From Candidatus Cloacimonadales bacterium (GTDB taxonomy: Bacteria; Cloacimonadota; Cloacimonadia; Cloacimonadales; JAFGVF01): DNA of 64,000 nt. The notes below the pieces were generated by a model, which made no database searches, was not told the origin of the DNA, and saw only the letters and a list, made by a program, of their open reading frames with translations. The stretch spans positions 608,001 to 672,000 of the forward strand of contig CAXXJV010000001.1 of NCBI GenBank assembly GCA_963663475.2. The letters run 5' to 3'. A program made the position numbers and the translations under genes. This document shows positions 51,437 through 61,220 of the stretch, in pieces; within the stretch, counting starts at the first letter, position 1, and every line of letters begins with the position of its first letter.

Positions 51437-52591
51437 ATGATTTTACCAGATTTTGATAATAGTTTGCTTAATTTAACAGCATCAATTTCTTTGGCCTATG
51501 GATGTAGTCCTATTTATAAGCCTCTAGCAAAGCTATCATTAGAGGAATTAAAGAGTAAGAAAAATGTAATTTTAATGGTTATAGATGGTTTGGGCTATAA
51601 CTTTTTTAAGGAAAATGTAAGTAATCAATTACTAATTAATGGGGATTTAGGAGCAATTACTTCTGTATTCCCCTCAACAACCGCAGTTGCGATAACCTCC
51701 ATTTTAACAGGTAAATCACCTCATGAGCATGCCCTAACAGGCTGGTTTGTCTATTTAAAAGAATTAGGATCTGTATCGAAAATCTTGCCTTTAGCACCAA
51801 GATACTCTGATACAGTTTATTTTAACAATGATGAAGAATCAAATGATGTATACGGCTTTGATTCTTTAATAGATAATTTTAAAGTAGATAGTCATTTTAT
51901 TCACTTAAACAAGTATCAAAATGATGCTTACCAAAAATTACTCAGAGGCAAATCCCACTTTCATGGCTTTGATAATATATCTGAAATAGCCACTCAAGTT
52001 AATAAGGTAGTAAATTCTACAGAATCTTCCAAGAAGTTTATCTATACCTATTGGAATGGTTTAGATGCTATTTCCCATAATTATGGCTATAATTCTCCAG
52101 AAGCTTGCCAGCATTTTACCCAGATTCAGGAACAAATAGTAGAAGTTGCCCAGACAATTAATACTCAAGACACAGCCTTAATCGTTACAGCAGATCACGG
52201 GTTCATTAATGTACCAGATGAGCATAAGCTTAGGGTTAAAGACATTCCAGGCTTAAGAGAATGCTTAGTTTTACCCCTTATGGGAGAGCCACGTTCACCT
52301 TATTGTTATCTTAGGTCTGGTAAAGAAAAACAATTTATTGACATCTGGGAAAAACACCTATCTGCATATTCGCAACTTTTTCATATTGACGAATTATTAG
52401 AAAAACAAGTTTTTGGTCTTAATGATAGACATAATAAGTTTTCTGATCGAGTAGGCGACTATGTAATAGTGATGAATGACTCTTATGTCTTAATCGATAA
52501 TGTTTTATTAGAGAAGGAAATGAATTTAGTTGGATATCATGGTGGTTTAACCCAGAATGAAATGCTAGTCCCACTAATTTACATAGGATAA
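51437..52591 (+). CDS. Alkaline phosphatase superfamily (nucleotide pyrophosphatase/phosphodiesterase-like) protein
   Basis: IDGLG, SVFPSTT, LDAISH, TADHG, GYHGGL..EM.VP. Confidence 0.88.
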   Translation: MILPDFDNSLLNLTASISLAYGCSPIYKPLAKLSLEELKSKKNVILMVIDGLGYNFFKENVSNQLLINGDLGAITSVFPSTTAVAITSILTGKSPHEHALTGWFVYLKELGSVSKILPLAPRYSDTVYFNNDEESNDVYGFDSLIDNFKVDSHFIHLNKYQNDAYQKLLRGKSHFHGFDNISEIATQVNKVVNSTESSKKFIYTYWNGLDAISHNYGYNSPEACQHFTQIQEQIVEVAQTINTQDTALIVTADHGFINVPDEHKLRVKDIPGLRECLVLPLMGEPRSPYCYLRSGKEKQFIDIWEKHLSAYSQLFHIDELLEKQVFGLNDRHNKFSDRVGDYVIVMNDSYVLIDNVLLEKEMNLVGYHGGLTQNEMLVPLIYIG

Positions 52592-52593
52592 AT

Positions 52594-53070
52594 ATGAAAA
52601 AAATTTTTTTGTTAATAATTTTACTAAGTCTTCTCTTGGCATGTAAAGAGAAGACTAATGAACTTGCCACAGATCAAGCTGAATCAGAAAAAGACTCCTT
52701 AAGTCAAACTAGGGAGGAAGTAGATTTCTCAAACTCTCAAATGGTAATTAATCCTGAAACTGGTGATACTATTTATGTAGATTTTGGGATTAAGTATGAG
52801 GAGGGGATAGAGCATAAGAAATATGAGAAATACTTTATTATTTCTACCTATACATCCTATACAAAAGATAGTAAATTGCAAGTTGAACTTAGCAAATGGA
52901 AAGAATTAGAAGTTGATGCTTATCTAGAAGATGTTAAAATCGGACAAGCTAGTAAGTACTTTATTTCCATAGGTAAATTTGCTGATCAAGAACAAGCAAT
53001 GGAAAAACTTGAAGCTTTCAAGAAAAAATATCCAACTGCCAGAATACATATTCAATCTATTACTCAATAA
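52594..53070 (+). CDS. Lipoprotein with a C-terminal SPOR-like domain
   Basis: LLAC lipobox; C-terminal Y.ISIGKF...A pattern. Confidence 0.65.
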   Translation: MKKIFLLIILLSLLLACKEKTNELATDQAESEKDSLSQTREEVDFSNSQMVINPETGDTIYVDFGIKYEEGIEHKKYEKYFIISTYTSYTKDSKLQVELSKWKELEVDAYLEDVKIGQASKYFISIGKFADQEQAMEKLEAFKKKYPTARIHIQSITQ

Positions 53071-53224
53071 GGCTTTTAACCAACGATTTTTAAGAAATAT
53101 TTTAGCAGTTTACCCCCTAAAATTAGTAGATAAAATAACTTTTTAGATTAATGGATAATAAATTGCATTAACTATATGTTAGAGAGTGATTATAAAAAAT
53201 GATATAAAGAAATGAGGAGAAAAA

Positions 53225-56200
53225 ATGAAAAAATTTATTTTGTTGTTTTCCTTGCTTATGACCATTAGTATGGTGATGGCAGTTCAGGAAAACTTAATGG
53301 ATTTACACCAAAACTCTATTACTTTACAGAATAGTAATGATTATGGTGTAGATATCGCTTATGAACTTGGAAACATAGAGATTAAGACTAATAATACTCG
53401 TGGTGGAGAATATGCAGAGATTTTTGCAAAGGACTATTCTTTAACTAAAGATGAGGGTTTACCTCAATTACCATACAGTCAGAAAATCATCTCAGTTCCA
53501 CTTGGTGCAAGTGTTGAAGCTTCTATTGAAGTTAATTCAGCAAGTAGTTTAAACCTAGTCAGAAGAGGTTTTAATCAAGCAATTATTCCTGCTCAACCAT
53601 CTGTGGCTAAGTGTGAAAATATCGAAGATATGCCTTTTATCAAAAATGAACAAATATATAATGCAGATAAAGCTTTTAAATACCAACCAGTAAGTGTTAA
53701 AGAAATTGGTATTTTGAGAGGAATGAGACTTTTTGAAGTTAACTTCTATCCAGTTGAATACAATCCAGTATCTGGAGACCTCCGTGTTATCAACTCTGCA
53801 GATGTTACTATTGAATTTGTCAATGGCGATATCTATGCTACTGAAGAATTAAAAGCTAAAACAAGATCCTTTATGTTTGAAGGTATTTATTCTCAAAACA
53901 TCTTCAACTATTACCCTTCAAGATCTTCTTTAGAAAACTACCCACTTGGCTACTTAATAATTACACCAAACCAATTTATGGATACTTTAGAACCATTCAT
54001 TACCTGGAAACAAGAACAAGGTTATGATGTAACTATTGGTATTACTGATAATATCGGTTCTTCTACAAGTGCAATTAAAAACTATATCCAAGGTATCTGG
54101 GACGCAGCTACTCCTAACAACCCTGCTCCTTCTTACTTATTAATAGTTGGTGATACTCCTCAAGTTCCAGCTTACGCTGGTTCAACAGATTCTGGTCATG
54201 TAACAGACCTTAATTATGTTAGATTAAACGGTACAGACTATCTTCCTGAAATGTATTTTGGAAGATTCTCAGCAACAACAGTTGCCCAGTTAACCCCTCA
54301 AGTTAATAAAACTTTAACCTATCAAAAATATGAAATGTCCGACCCTTCTTACCTTGAAAGAGCAACTCTTATTGCCGGTGTAGATGGTTACTGGGCTAAT
54401 ACTCATGGTAATGGTACCATTAACTATGGTAGCGATAACTATTTCAACGAAGAACATGATATAGATGTTACTACTTATTACTATCCTCAATCAGGTTCTT
54501 CTGCTGCAAGTATCGTAGCAGATGCAAGTGCTGGTTTAGGTTATTTAAATTATACTGCTCATGGTTCTGAAACTTCATGGTCAGACCCTAGTTTTACCAT
54601 TTCAAATATTAATAGTCTCCAAAACTCAGGTAAATATCCTGTTGTTGTAGGAAACTGCTGTTTAACAAATCACTTCAATACAGGTACATGTTTCGGTGAA
54701 GCTTGGTTAAGAGCTACTAACGGTGCAGTTATCTATATTGGTGGAACAAACTCAACCTACTGGGATGAAGACTACTGGTGGTCTGTTGGTCACTTCACTC
54801 CTACTTCAACATCTAACCCAACTTATGCTGGATCTGGACTAGGTATGTACGATGCCCTCTTCCATGAACATAATGAAGCTTTTGAAGACTGGGCTCATAC
54901 TGCAGGTTCTATGGTATTCACAGGTAATATGGCTGTCCAATCCTCAGCTTCAACTAGAAAAAATTATTACTGGGAAATCTACTCAATTATGGGTGACCCT
55001 TCTTTAATGCCTTATATTGGTGTTCCTCAAGCTCAAACTGTTGATTACTCTAACACTATGCTTGTTGGCATGACTTCTCTTAATATCACAGCAGCTCCTT
55101 ATAGCTATGCTGCTCTTTCTAAAGAAGGCCAGCTTCTTGGAACAGTCTTAACAGACGGTACAGGAAATGGTACAATCAACTTTGAAGCACTTAACCTTCC
55201 TGGTAATGTTAAATTAGTTGTGTCTCACACTGACTACCAACCATTTATCACAGATATTGAAGTTGTACCAGCAGAAGGTCCTTTCCTTGTTATTGATAAC
55301 CAACAAATTACTGGAAACATTGCAGCAGGTCAAAACCTCGACATGGCTCTTACTATTGGAAATGTTGGTGTTGAAGCTGTAGCAAATGTTGATGTTACTC
55401 TTACAAGTCTTGATGCTAATGCTACTATTACTAATGCCAATACTACTATAGCTAATATCGATGCAAATAGCACTAGTCAATTAGCTTCTGCTTTTGAAAT
55501 AACACTTGCTAATGGTATCAACCAAGGCGACAATATTGCCTTTAATTTACTCCTTGAATCAGCTGACGAAAGCTGGGAATATGAAATAATGCTAACTGCT
55601 GTTGGACCACATTTTATTATCACTGAAGTTGAAGTAAACGATGGTGATAACAACTTACTTGATCCTAACGAGACTGCTCAACTTTTAATCAGCTTCCAAA
55701 ATAATGGTAATTTTGTAGCTAATACTAGTGTAGCAAGTTTAATCTCAGCAACACCTGGCATAACTATTGCTGATCCAAACATTGCATTAGGAGATATTGC
55801 TGCTAATGCTAACGGTCAATTCACTGTTACTGTTGAAACATCTGCTTATATGGAAACTGGAACTATTGCAAACTTCACTACTAATTTCACTAGTGAATAT
55901 AACGTTATCTCTTCAGATAACTTTGAGCTATCTGTTGGTTTACTCTTTGAAGACTTTGAATCTGGTGACTTTGCATCAGACTTCAACTGGAATACTCCTG
56001 GTTGGTCTGTTGTAAGTAACGAAGCTCATGAAGGTTCTCACTCTGCTAAATCAAATACTATTAACCACAGCCAATCAGCTTCTATGACTGTTCAAATGGA
56101 TGATGTAACTGCAGGTCAAATAAGCTTCTGGGTAAAAGTATCTTCAGAAAGTGGCTATGATGAATTAACTTTCTATATTGATAATGCTGCCCAAGATTCT

Positions 56201-56992
56201 TGGAGTGGTACTGTTAACTGGCAAGAAGTATCTTACAATGTTACTGATGGTAACCATACCTTTAAGTGGGAATATAGCAAAGACTATAGTGTAAGTGAAG
56301 GTGATGATTGTGCTTGGATTGACTATATTGTCTTCCCTACCGCTACAAGTGAAGTTGGCGATCCTGTGATAGCTCTTGATATGACAGAATATGACTTTGG
56401 TGCTGTTGCAAGTGGTCAAACTCAATTCACCATCTCCAACTCTGGCCAAGGTATCTTAGCTGGTCAAATTTCACTTAATAGTCAAAGCGTATTCTCAATA
56501 AGCTTAGAAGACCAAGAAGCTAACAACCAGCTTAATTACTCTCTTGATCCTGAAGCAGAATTGCAAGTAACTCTTCACTTCAATCCTATTGCTAATGTTG
56601 AATACTCTGATAATGTCATTATTACTTCAAATGATCCACAACAGGAACAAGTTGTAATTAATGTTTACGGAACAGGTCAAGGTGTATCTAATGATGACGA
56701 AAACCTTATTCCACAAATAACAGAACTTCAAGGAAACTACCCTAATCCATTTAACCCTCAAACTGCTATTAAATATGCAGTTAAGCAAGATGGAAACGTT
56801 TCCCTTAAAATATTTAATTTAAAAGGCCAGCTTGTTAAAACTCTTGTTAATGATGATGTTAAAGCTGGATTCCATAGTATTGTCTGGGATGGCAAAAATA
56901 ATTTTGGAACAGATGTTGCAACAGGTATATACTTGTATCGTCTAGAAACCAAAACATATAACCAAACCAAAAAGATGATGCTGATGAAATAA
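53225..56992 (+). CDS. Gingipain-like C25 cysteine peptidase with propeptide, Ig modules and T9SS-like C-terminal domain
   Basis: GLPQLP propeptide, WKQEQG, LIVGD, GRFS, NYTAHG, GNCC catalytic region, GDP; C-terminal NYPNPFNP...WDG...KKMMLMK. Confidence 0.93.
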   Translation: MKKFILLFSLLMTISMVMAVQENLMDLHQNSITLQNSNDYGVDIAYELGNIEIKTNNTRGGEYAEIFAKDYSLTKDEGLPQLPYSQKIISVPLGASVEASIEVNSASSLNLVRRGFNQAIIPAQPSVAKCENIEDMPFIKNEQIYNADKAFKYQPVSVKEIGILRGMRLFEVNFYPVEYNPVSGDLRVINSADVTIEFVNGDIYATEELKAKTRSFMFEGIYSQNIFNYYPSRSSLENYPLGYLIITPNQFMDTLEPFITWKQEQGYDVTIGITDNIGSSTSAIKNYIQGIWDAATPNNPAPSYLLIVGDTPQVPAYAGSTDSGHVTDLNYVRLNGTDYLPEMYFGRFSATTVAQLTPQVNKTLTYQKYEMSDPSYLERATLIAGVDGYWANTHGNGTINYGSDNYFNEEHDIDVTTYYYPQSGSSAASIVADASAGLGYLNYTAHGSETSWSDPSFTISNINSLQNSGKYPVVVGNCCLTNHFNTGTCFGEAWLRATNGAVIYIGGTNSTYWDEDYWWSVGHFTPTSTSNPTYAGSGLGMYDALFHEHNEAFEDWAHTAGSMVFTGNMAVQSSASTRKNYYWEIYSIMGDPSLMPYIGVPQAQTVDYSNTMLVGMTSLNITAAPYSYAALSKEGQLLGTVLTDGTGNGTINFEALNLPGNVKLVVSHTDYQPFITDIEVVPAEGPFLVIDNQQITGNIAAGQNLDMALTIGNVGVEAVANVDVTLTSLDANATITNANTTIANIDANSTSQLASAFEITLANGINQGDNIAFNLLLESADESWEYEIMLTAVGPHFIITEVEVNDGDNNLLDPNETAQLLISFQNNGNFVANTSVASLISATPGITIADPNIALGDIAANANGQFTVTVETSAYMETGTIANFTTNFTSEYNVISSDNFELSVGLLFEDFESGDFASDFNWNTPGWSVVSNEAHEGSHSAKSNTINHSQSASMTVQMDDVTAGQISFWVKVSSESGYDELTFYIDNAAQDSWSGTVNWQEVSYNVTDGNHTFKWEYSKDYSVSEGDDCAWIDYIVFPTATSEVGDPVIALDMTEYDFGAVASGQTQFTISNSGQGILAGQISLNSQSVFSISLEDQEANNQLNYSLDPEAELQVTLHFNPIANVEYSDNVIITSNDPQQEQVVINVYGTGQGVSNDDENLIPQITELQGNYPNPFNPQTAIKYAVKQDGNVSLKIFNLKGQLVKTLVNDDVKAGFHSIVWDGKNNFGTDVATGIYLYRLETKTYNQTKKMMLMK
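56904..56920 (+). promoter_or_regulatory. Sigma-54 (-24/-12) promoter inside the gingipain coding sequence
   Basis: ttGGaacagatgttGCa: GG 56906-56907, exactly 10 nt, GC 56918-56919; the same elements are kept in the duplicate at 57891. Confidence 0.6.
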
Positions 56993-57048
56993 CCTCCTTG
57001 TATGCTAGCAGATAAAGGTTGGGCTCCCCGCCCAACCTTTCTGCATTT
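56931..57048 (+). ncRNA. Candidate 3'-end-derived sRNA, copy 1
   Basis: Lies between a sigma-54 motif and a strong hairpin; 113 of 114 nt identical to 57921-58034; contains anti-SD aacctcctt. Confidence 0.5.
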
Positions 57049-57049
57049 T
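57008..57049 (+). terminator. Intrinsic terminator of the gingipain gene and sRNA copy 1
   Basis: gcag(at)aaaggttgggc-tcccc-gcccaacctttctgc followed by atttt. Confidence 0.75.
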
Positions 57050-57102
57050 AAGAACTTTCTTTTTTATCCCTTGCAGGTATTTTATGTAACTTCATTAATT
57101 TT

Positions 57103-57333
57103 GGCTCAAGTTCAAGCCTGGTGGGAATATATAGGAAAATGAGAATATTTCATTACTATATTGATTCATCAAAAATCCCTGAAAGGGATAAAATAATTTA
57201 GCCCAAGGTAAGATGCTGAAAGTATCGCAAGCCTGGGTAATGATGGTTGTCCCAAAGATATTACCCTGTAAGGGTTTAATAAAATGATAAATAATGTAAG
57301 TCTCTTATTTACCACCAGACTTGAACAAGAGCC
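57103..57333. mobile_element. MITE family B, 231-bp copy with 8-bp target-site duplication
   Basis: Ends ggctcaagttcaagcctggtgg ... ccaccagacttgaacaagagcc; ttaatttt at 57095-57102 and 57334-57341. Confidence 0.9.
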
Positions 57334-57890
57334 TTAATTTTTGATCCATATCTTAGTGTAATTAGTGTAATCCGTGGATAGACTATTTCTTTTTACACAG
57401 TCTGGCCCGCCTTCCCAGTTAGAGCCGTCAGGCGGGGAGAGTAAACATTCCCCTTTCAGCTCCTTGTCAGTGAAACCAGTTAAAGCTGAAAGCGAAAACT
57501 CTCTTCTTGCATCTTAATACTTATTTTCCTGCAACAATCATTATTTTATAAATATTTATATATGTGCAAAATTTACCATACAGTCACGTTGTAAAAGTTG
57601 ATAAATAGCTACTTTTTCATAAAGACTGTCTTATGTCTAATATCATGACTTGAACTTTTCTGTTAAACAGGAGCTTTTCATCCCTTAACTCTTGTATATA
57701 CTGTTTACACATTCTTAATTATTGTCCGTAACAGTGTAGACATTTCTTTAAAAAAGGTAAAAAGTGTAAATTTTCTTACTAGTTATGCTTATTTGTGAGC
57801 TTTCTTTTTTCTAAGGCTAACTTACTAATAGTCTGATATTTATTAAGTATTTTAAAATTATTTTTAACTTTTTTTTGAAATTTAATTTGT

Positions 57891-57907
57891 TTGGAACACC
57901 TATTGCA
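57891..57907 (+). promoter_or_regulatory. Sigma-54 (-24/-12) promoter of the stand-alone sRNA copy
   Basis: ttGGaacacctattGCa: GG 57893-57894, 10 nt, GC 57905-57906. TGT...ACA boxes at 57693-57709 and 57723-57742 could be activator sites. Confidence 0.7.
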
Positions 57908-57917
57908 TTATTATATA

Positions 57918-58034
57918 AGCGTATCGTCTAGAAACCAAAACATATAACCAAACCAAAAAGATGATGCTGATGAAATAACCTCCTTGTATGCTAGCAGACA
58001 AAGGTTGGGCTCCCCGCCCAACCTTTCTGCATTT
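57918..58034 (+). ncRNA. Candidate sigma-54-dependent sRNA, stand-alone copy 2
   Basis: Predicted +1 (about 57918) lies 3 nt before the duplicated block begins; ends in the terminator hairpin; no RBS-preceded ORF. Confidence 0.6.
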
Positions 58035-58044
58035 ATAGACTATT

Positions 58045-58740
58045 TTATTTTTCCCAATACTTATCTTGAGGGTATTTTTCTTTTAATTCTTTTGCCAACT
58101 TCTTATATTCTTTCTTCATCTTATTAGCCTGCAAAATCTCTAACTTAAGGAAATTCTCCTCATGGGAAGAAAACTCTTCCTCTGGATCTTCAATATCTTT
58201 TCCCTTGTAAAACATAGCTGTTTCAAAGGTTTTTAAAGCTTCTTTATTTTTCTTTAGCTTCAACTGAGCTCTTGCTAACCACATGTAAGCATCATAATGT
58301 TCTTCTCTTGTTTCAATTGCTTTAGTAAAAGCTTCTTCCGCCTTAACCCAATTTCCTAACTTATAATATACTTCACCCTTATGTCTCCAAGGACAAGACC
58401 AGTTAGCAAATTTATCATTCAAGTAATTATAATGAGGTAGAGATTCCTCAAGTCTTCCTATTGTTAAATAGATATTAGCTAACTGAAACCTTTGGGCAGC
58501 TTGTAAATCGTCTGCAATTTCCTCAAGTTTAGCCAGTGTTTTATTCATCTCTGAATAATGAACCATGAGTAAGTTATAGTTGCTACTAGCCAGGTCTTTA
58601 GAGCTATTTGCATCTTCTAAAACAGCCTTTAGATTTTCAAAACTAGCATCTTCAAAGTAAGACGTTAAGAGATCTTGACTAGCCCCGAAGACAAGTCTAG
58701 TAGCCATCAAAACGATTAAAAGACAAAATACTTTTTTCAT
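58045..58740 (-). CDS. Exported TPR-repeat protein
   Basis: Signal peptide-like N-terminus; TPR patterns (LANIYLTIGRLEES, KGEVYYKLGNW..AEEAF). Confidence 0.8.
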   Translation of the reverse strand: MKKVFCLLIVLMATRLVFGASQDLLTSYFEDASFENLKAVLEDANSSKDLASSNYNLLMVHYSEMNKTLAKLEEIADDLQAAQRFQLANIYLTIGRLEESLPHYNYLNDKFANWSCPWRHKGEVYYKLGNWVKAEEAFTKAIETREEHYDAYMWLARAQLKLKKNKEALKTFETAMFYKGKDIEDPEEEFSSHEENFLKLEILQANKMKKEYKKLAKELKEKYPQDKYWEK

Positions 58741-59185
58741 ACATTAATACTCCTATTTGATAATTAAAACCAAGAGATTACTTGGTTAAAAGCAATATTT
58801 AAGAAAAAGTATATATGTGTCAAATATTAAAAAGAACTATTAAGTTATGCAAGATTAACTCTTAGGATTTACTATAATTATTTGGGTTAAAGAGCATTAA
58901 GTAAAGAATCCATGTAAGAGAAGCTTGATTAGTTTTTAGAAGAATCTGCTATTAAGCATGTTTTTTATAAGCAAAAAACTGAAAACTATCTTATAAGGAA
59001 CTATTTTAGCAAAAGTTTTAGTAATTTAGCATATTTTATGCAATTATTGAAATCAGAATCAGTTTTTTGTATTTTTTGGTGAGAAATGAAGCTATTAACC
59101 CAAGTAGCACAGTAATCAGAAGCTATTACAACAAAAAGCTTGTCAAAAAAAAGCTATAGATTAATTTTAGTGTAGGGTAAACAAT

Positions 59186-60889
59186 ATGAATAAATTTAGA
59201 TTAATACTAATAATACTTATCAGCAATTGCTTAGGTCTTGTAGCTAGCGAGTGGACCATTCTTATTTATATGGCTGCAGATAATGGACTACATGACTATG
59301 CTTTAGAGGATATTGCCGAAATGGAACTTTCCTCCTTTAGTTCTCAAGCTAACATAATTGTAGAGATGGACGGGGATGCGAATAGCGATTTATCAGCAAG
59401 CTATAGATATAAAATTACGGAGAATCCCCAAGCTGGAATTCAATCTCCTATCATTGCAAATTTGGGAGAAAGAAATTCAGGTTCTTACTTAACTTTAAAG
59501 AATTTTGTAGAGTGGGGCTTTAACCGCTATAAGTCTTCAAAAAAAGCCTTAATTATCTGGTCTCATGGCAACGGCTGGGCAAAAGATAGACTAAATAAGG
59601 GTATTGCGCCTGATAACACCTCTCAAAGCTTTATAAGTATGTCAAATCATGAAATGCAAGCAGCCTTAAGTGAAATCGAGCTTGATCTTCTTATCTATGA
59701 TGCTTGTAATATGCAGACTATTGAAAATTTAATTGAGCTAGAGGGGAGAGCTGATTATATCATCGGTTCTGAAGCCACTGTTCCTTCCACTGGCCTACCT
59801 TATGGTCAGATTTTTGACTACTGGCAAGAAGCTACTGATATAGACTCCCTAGTTATAAATATTCCTAAAATATATGTTGAAGCCTATAGACCAGGCAATG
59901 TTTATAATTCTGGACCCTTTTTAAGAAGAGTTACTTCCTCTACTGCCAATATGTCTAAACTTTCCACTTTTAAAGAAGACCTTAATGCTTTTCTAACTAA
60001 GTGGAGTTCTGATCCAAGAGACTTTATCATTTCTAGAGAGGATCTAAATGAATTTGGTATCACTTCTACTGATGTTGATTTAAAAGAACTTCTAGATAAT
60101 TTATCTGATACTACTAGCAATAATGATTTGCAAGAAGATTGTCTGGACTTAAGCTCTAAATTAGACTCTCTTTTTATTAGTTATGACTCTTCCTCATTCG
60201 ATTATAAAGTAGGATCAGCTAGTATTTGGTTTCCCAAGTACTCCTGGCAATTTGCTAACAACTGGCAGATTTATAGAATGTTGCATTTTGCTCAAGGAGC
60301 TATAGGTAACTTTTTAAACAAGTTCTTAGCACCTGATGAAATCCCTCCCTTTCCTTTTGAAATTACTAAGTCACAGGTAATTAACGAGACAATCTATTTA
60401 GAATGGGAAAATCATCTTGATCCTGACCCTCTAAACTACCAAATTACTTTTGACTTTAATGATGGCACTAGTCAGATAATTAATCTGGAAAACTTAGGCA
60501 GCTACCAGACAAGTGTTAAAGAGAATGGTCAAGTCTATATTCTAGCCCAAGATGCAGCAGGAAACCAGACAAAATCCTCTGTCTTAGATTTTGAAATTGG
60601 AAGCGACTACGGTAAGCTTTATCTAGCTCCCAACCCCATAAGAAAAGATAATGAAGGTAAAATAATATTCTATGCTGAGAATAGCGGGGGTAAAAAGGCT
60701 GAAATAAGCTTATTTTCCCTAAGTGGTAAAGTTATATCAAAAGCTAAAATTAACTTGCCTGAGGGGATAAATGAGCATAAGATTGACCTCTCTGATATTA
60801 TTAAGGTAAAATTATCATCAGGAATTTACTTGTGCAGCTTAAAGATTGAAAATAAGTACTATAAAACAAAATTCGCTGTGGAATATTAA
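59186..60889 (+). CDS. Clostripain-like C11 cysteine peptidase with a divergent T9SS-like C-terminal domain
   Basis: WTILIYMAADN, WSHGNGW, DACNM, GSE; C-terminal APNP...FSLSGK...SGIYL...K. Confidence 0.88.
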   Translation: MNKFRLILIILISNCLGLVASEWTILIYMAADNGLHDYALEDIAEMELSSFSSQANIIVEMDGDANSDLSASYRYKITENPQAGIQSPIIANLGERNSGSYLTLKNFVEWGFNRYKSSKKALIIWSHGNGWAKDRLNKGIAPDNTSQSFISMSNHEMQAALSEIELDLLIYDACNMQTIENLIELEGRADYIIGSEATVPSTGLPYGQIFDYWQEATDIDSLVINIPKIYVEAYRPGNVYNSGPFLRRVTSSTANMSKLSTFKEDLNAFLTKWSSDPRDFIISREDLNEFGITSTDVDLKELLDNLSDTTSNNDLQEDCLDLSSKLDSLFISYDSSSFDYKVGSASIWFPKYSWQFANNWQIYRMLHFAQGAIGNFLNKFLAPDEIPPFPFEITKSQVINETIYLEWENHLDPDPLNYQITFDFNDGTSQIINLENLGSYQTSVKENGQVYILAQDAAGNQTKSSVLDFEIGSDYGKLYLAPNPIRKDNEGKIIFYAENSGGKKAEISLFSLSGKVISKAKINLPEGINEHKIDLSDIIKVKLSSGIYLCSLKIENKYYKTKFAVEY

Positions 60890-60984
60890 GTGTTAATTAA
60901 TTCTTACTTGAGATTTAATATTTATTAAACTAATTTTACTTTACTTTTGATAGTAACAATATGATAAATAAGCTCTTAAGTATT

Positions 60985-61220
60985 TGTGGACAAAATTCCA
61001 TAAGCTAAATGTGGAAAAGATTTGTTAATTTTTAGCTAAATTATTATTAAAACAATCAAATAGGTTAGATCAAGTCTATGTGTATAAGTAGTGGATAAGT
61101 ACTTGCATAAATCAACATATTGTTCCTTATTTATATGTCTATTAATATGATAGACATATTGTGGATAATGTGTATATTAAGGATAAGTAGTAGTTAATCC
61201 TGGATGAAAATTGGGTATAA
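60985..61220. other. DnaA-box cluster, candidate replication origin
   Basis: Co-oriented TGTGGATAA-type 9-mers at 60985, 61010, 61079, 61090, 61160 (perfect), 61169 and 61212 in a very AT-rich intergenic region. Confidence 0.65.

Noticed and set aside
57421-57510. Structured GC-rich segment (ctttcagct...agctgaaag) as a known ncRNA
   Set aside because: I could not match it to a family; it shares pieces with the repeat mosaic near 63030 and 63250, so it is more likely repeat-derived.
57049-57920. Integrated element between attL and attR direct repeats
   Set aside because: No integrase or cargo ORF, and similarity extends selectively to the -24/-12 promoter bases. A decayed remnant is not fully excluded.
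56935-58034. Diversity-generating retroelement TR/VR pair at the gingipain 3' end
   Set aside because: Only one mismatch (T/C) in 114 nt, not adenine-specific, and no reverse transcriptase is present.
850-60120. Other short ORF-track entries inside or antisense to long genes (e.g. 850-1038, 3693-3914, 11721-12062, 33028-33342, 55214-55480)
   Set aside because: Shadow frames of well-supported genes, with no recognisable motifs.
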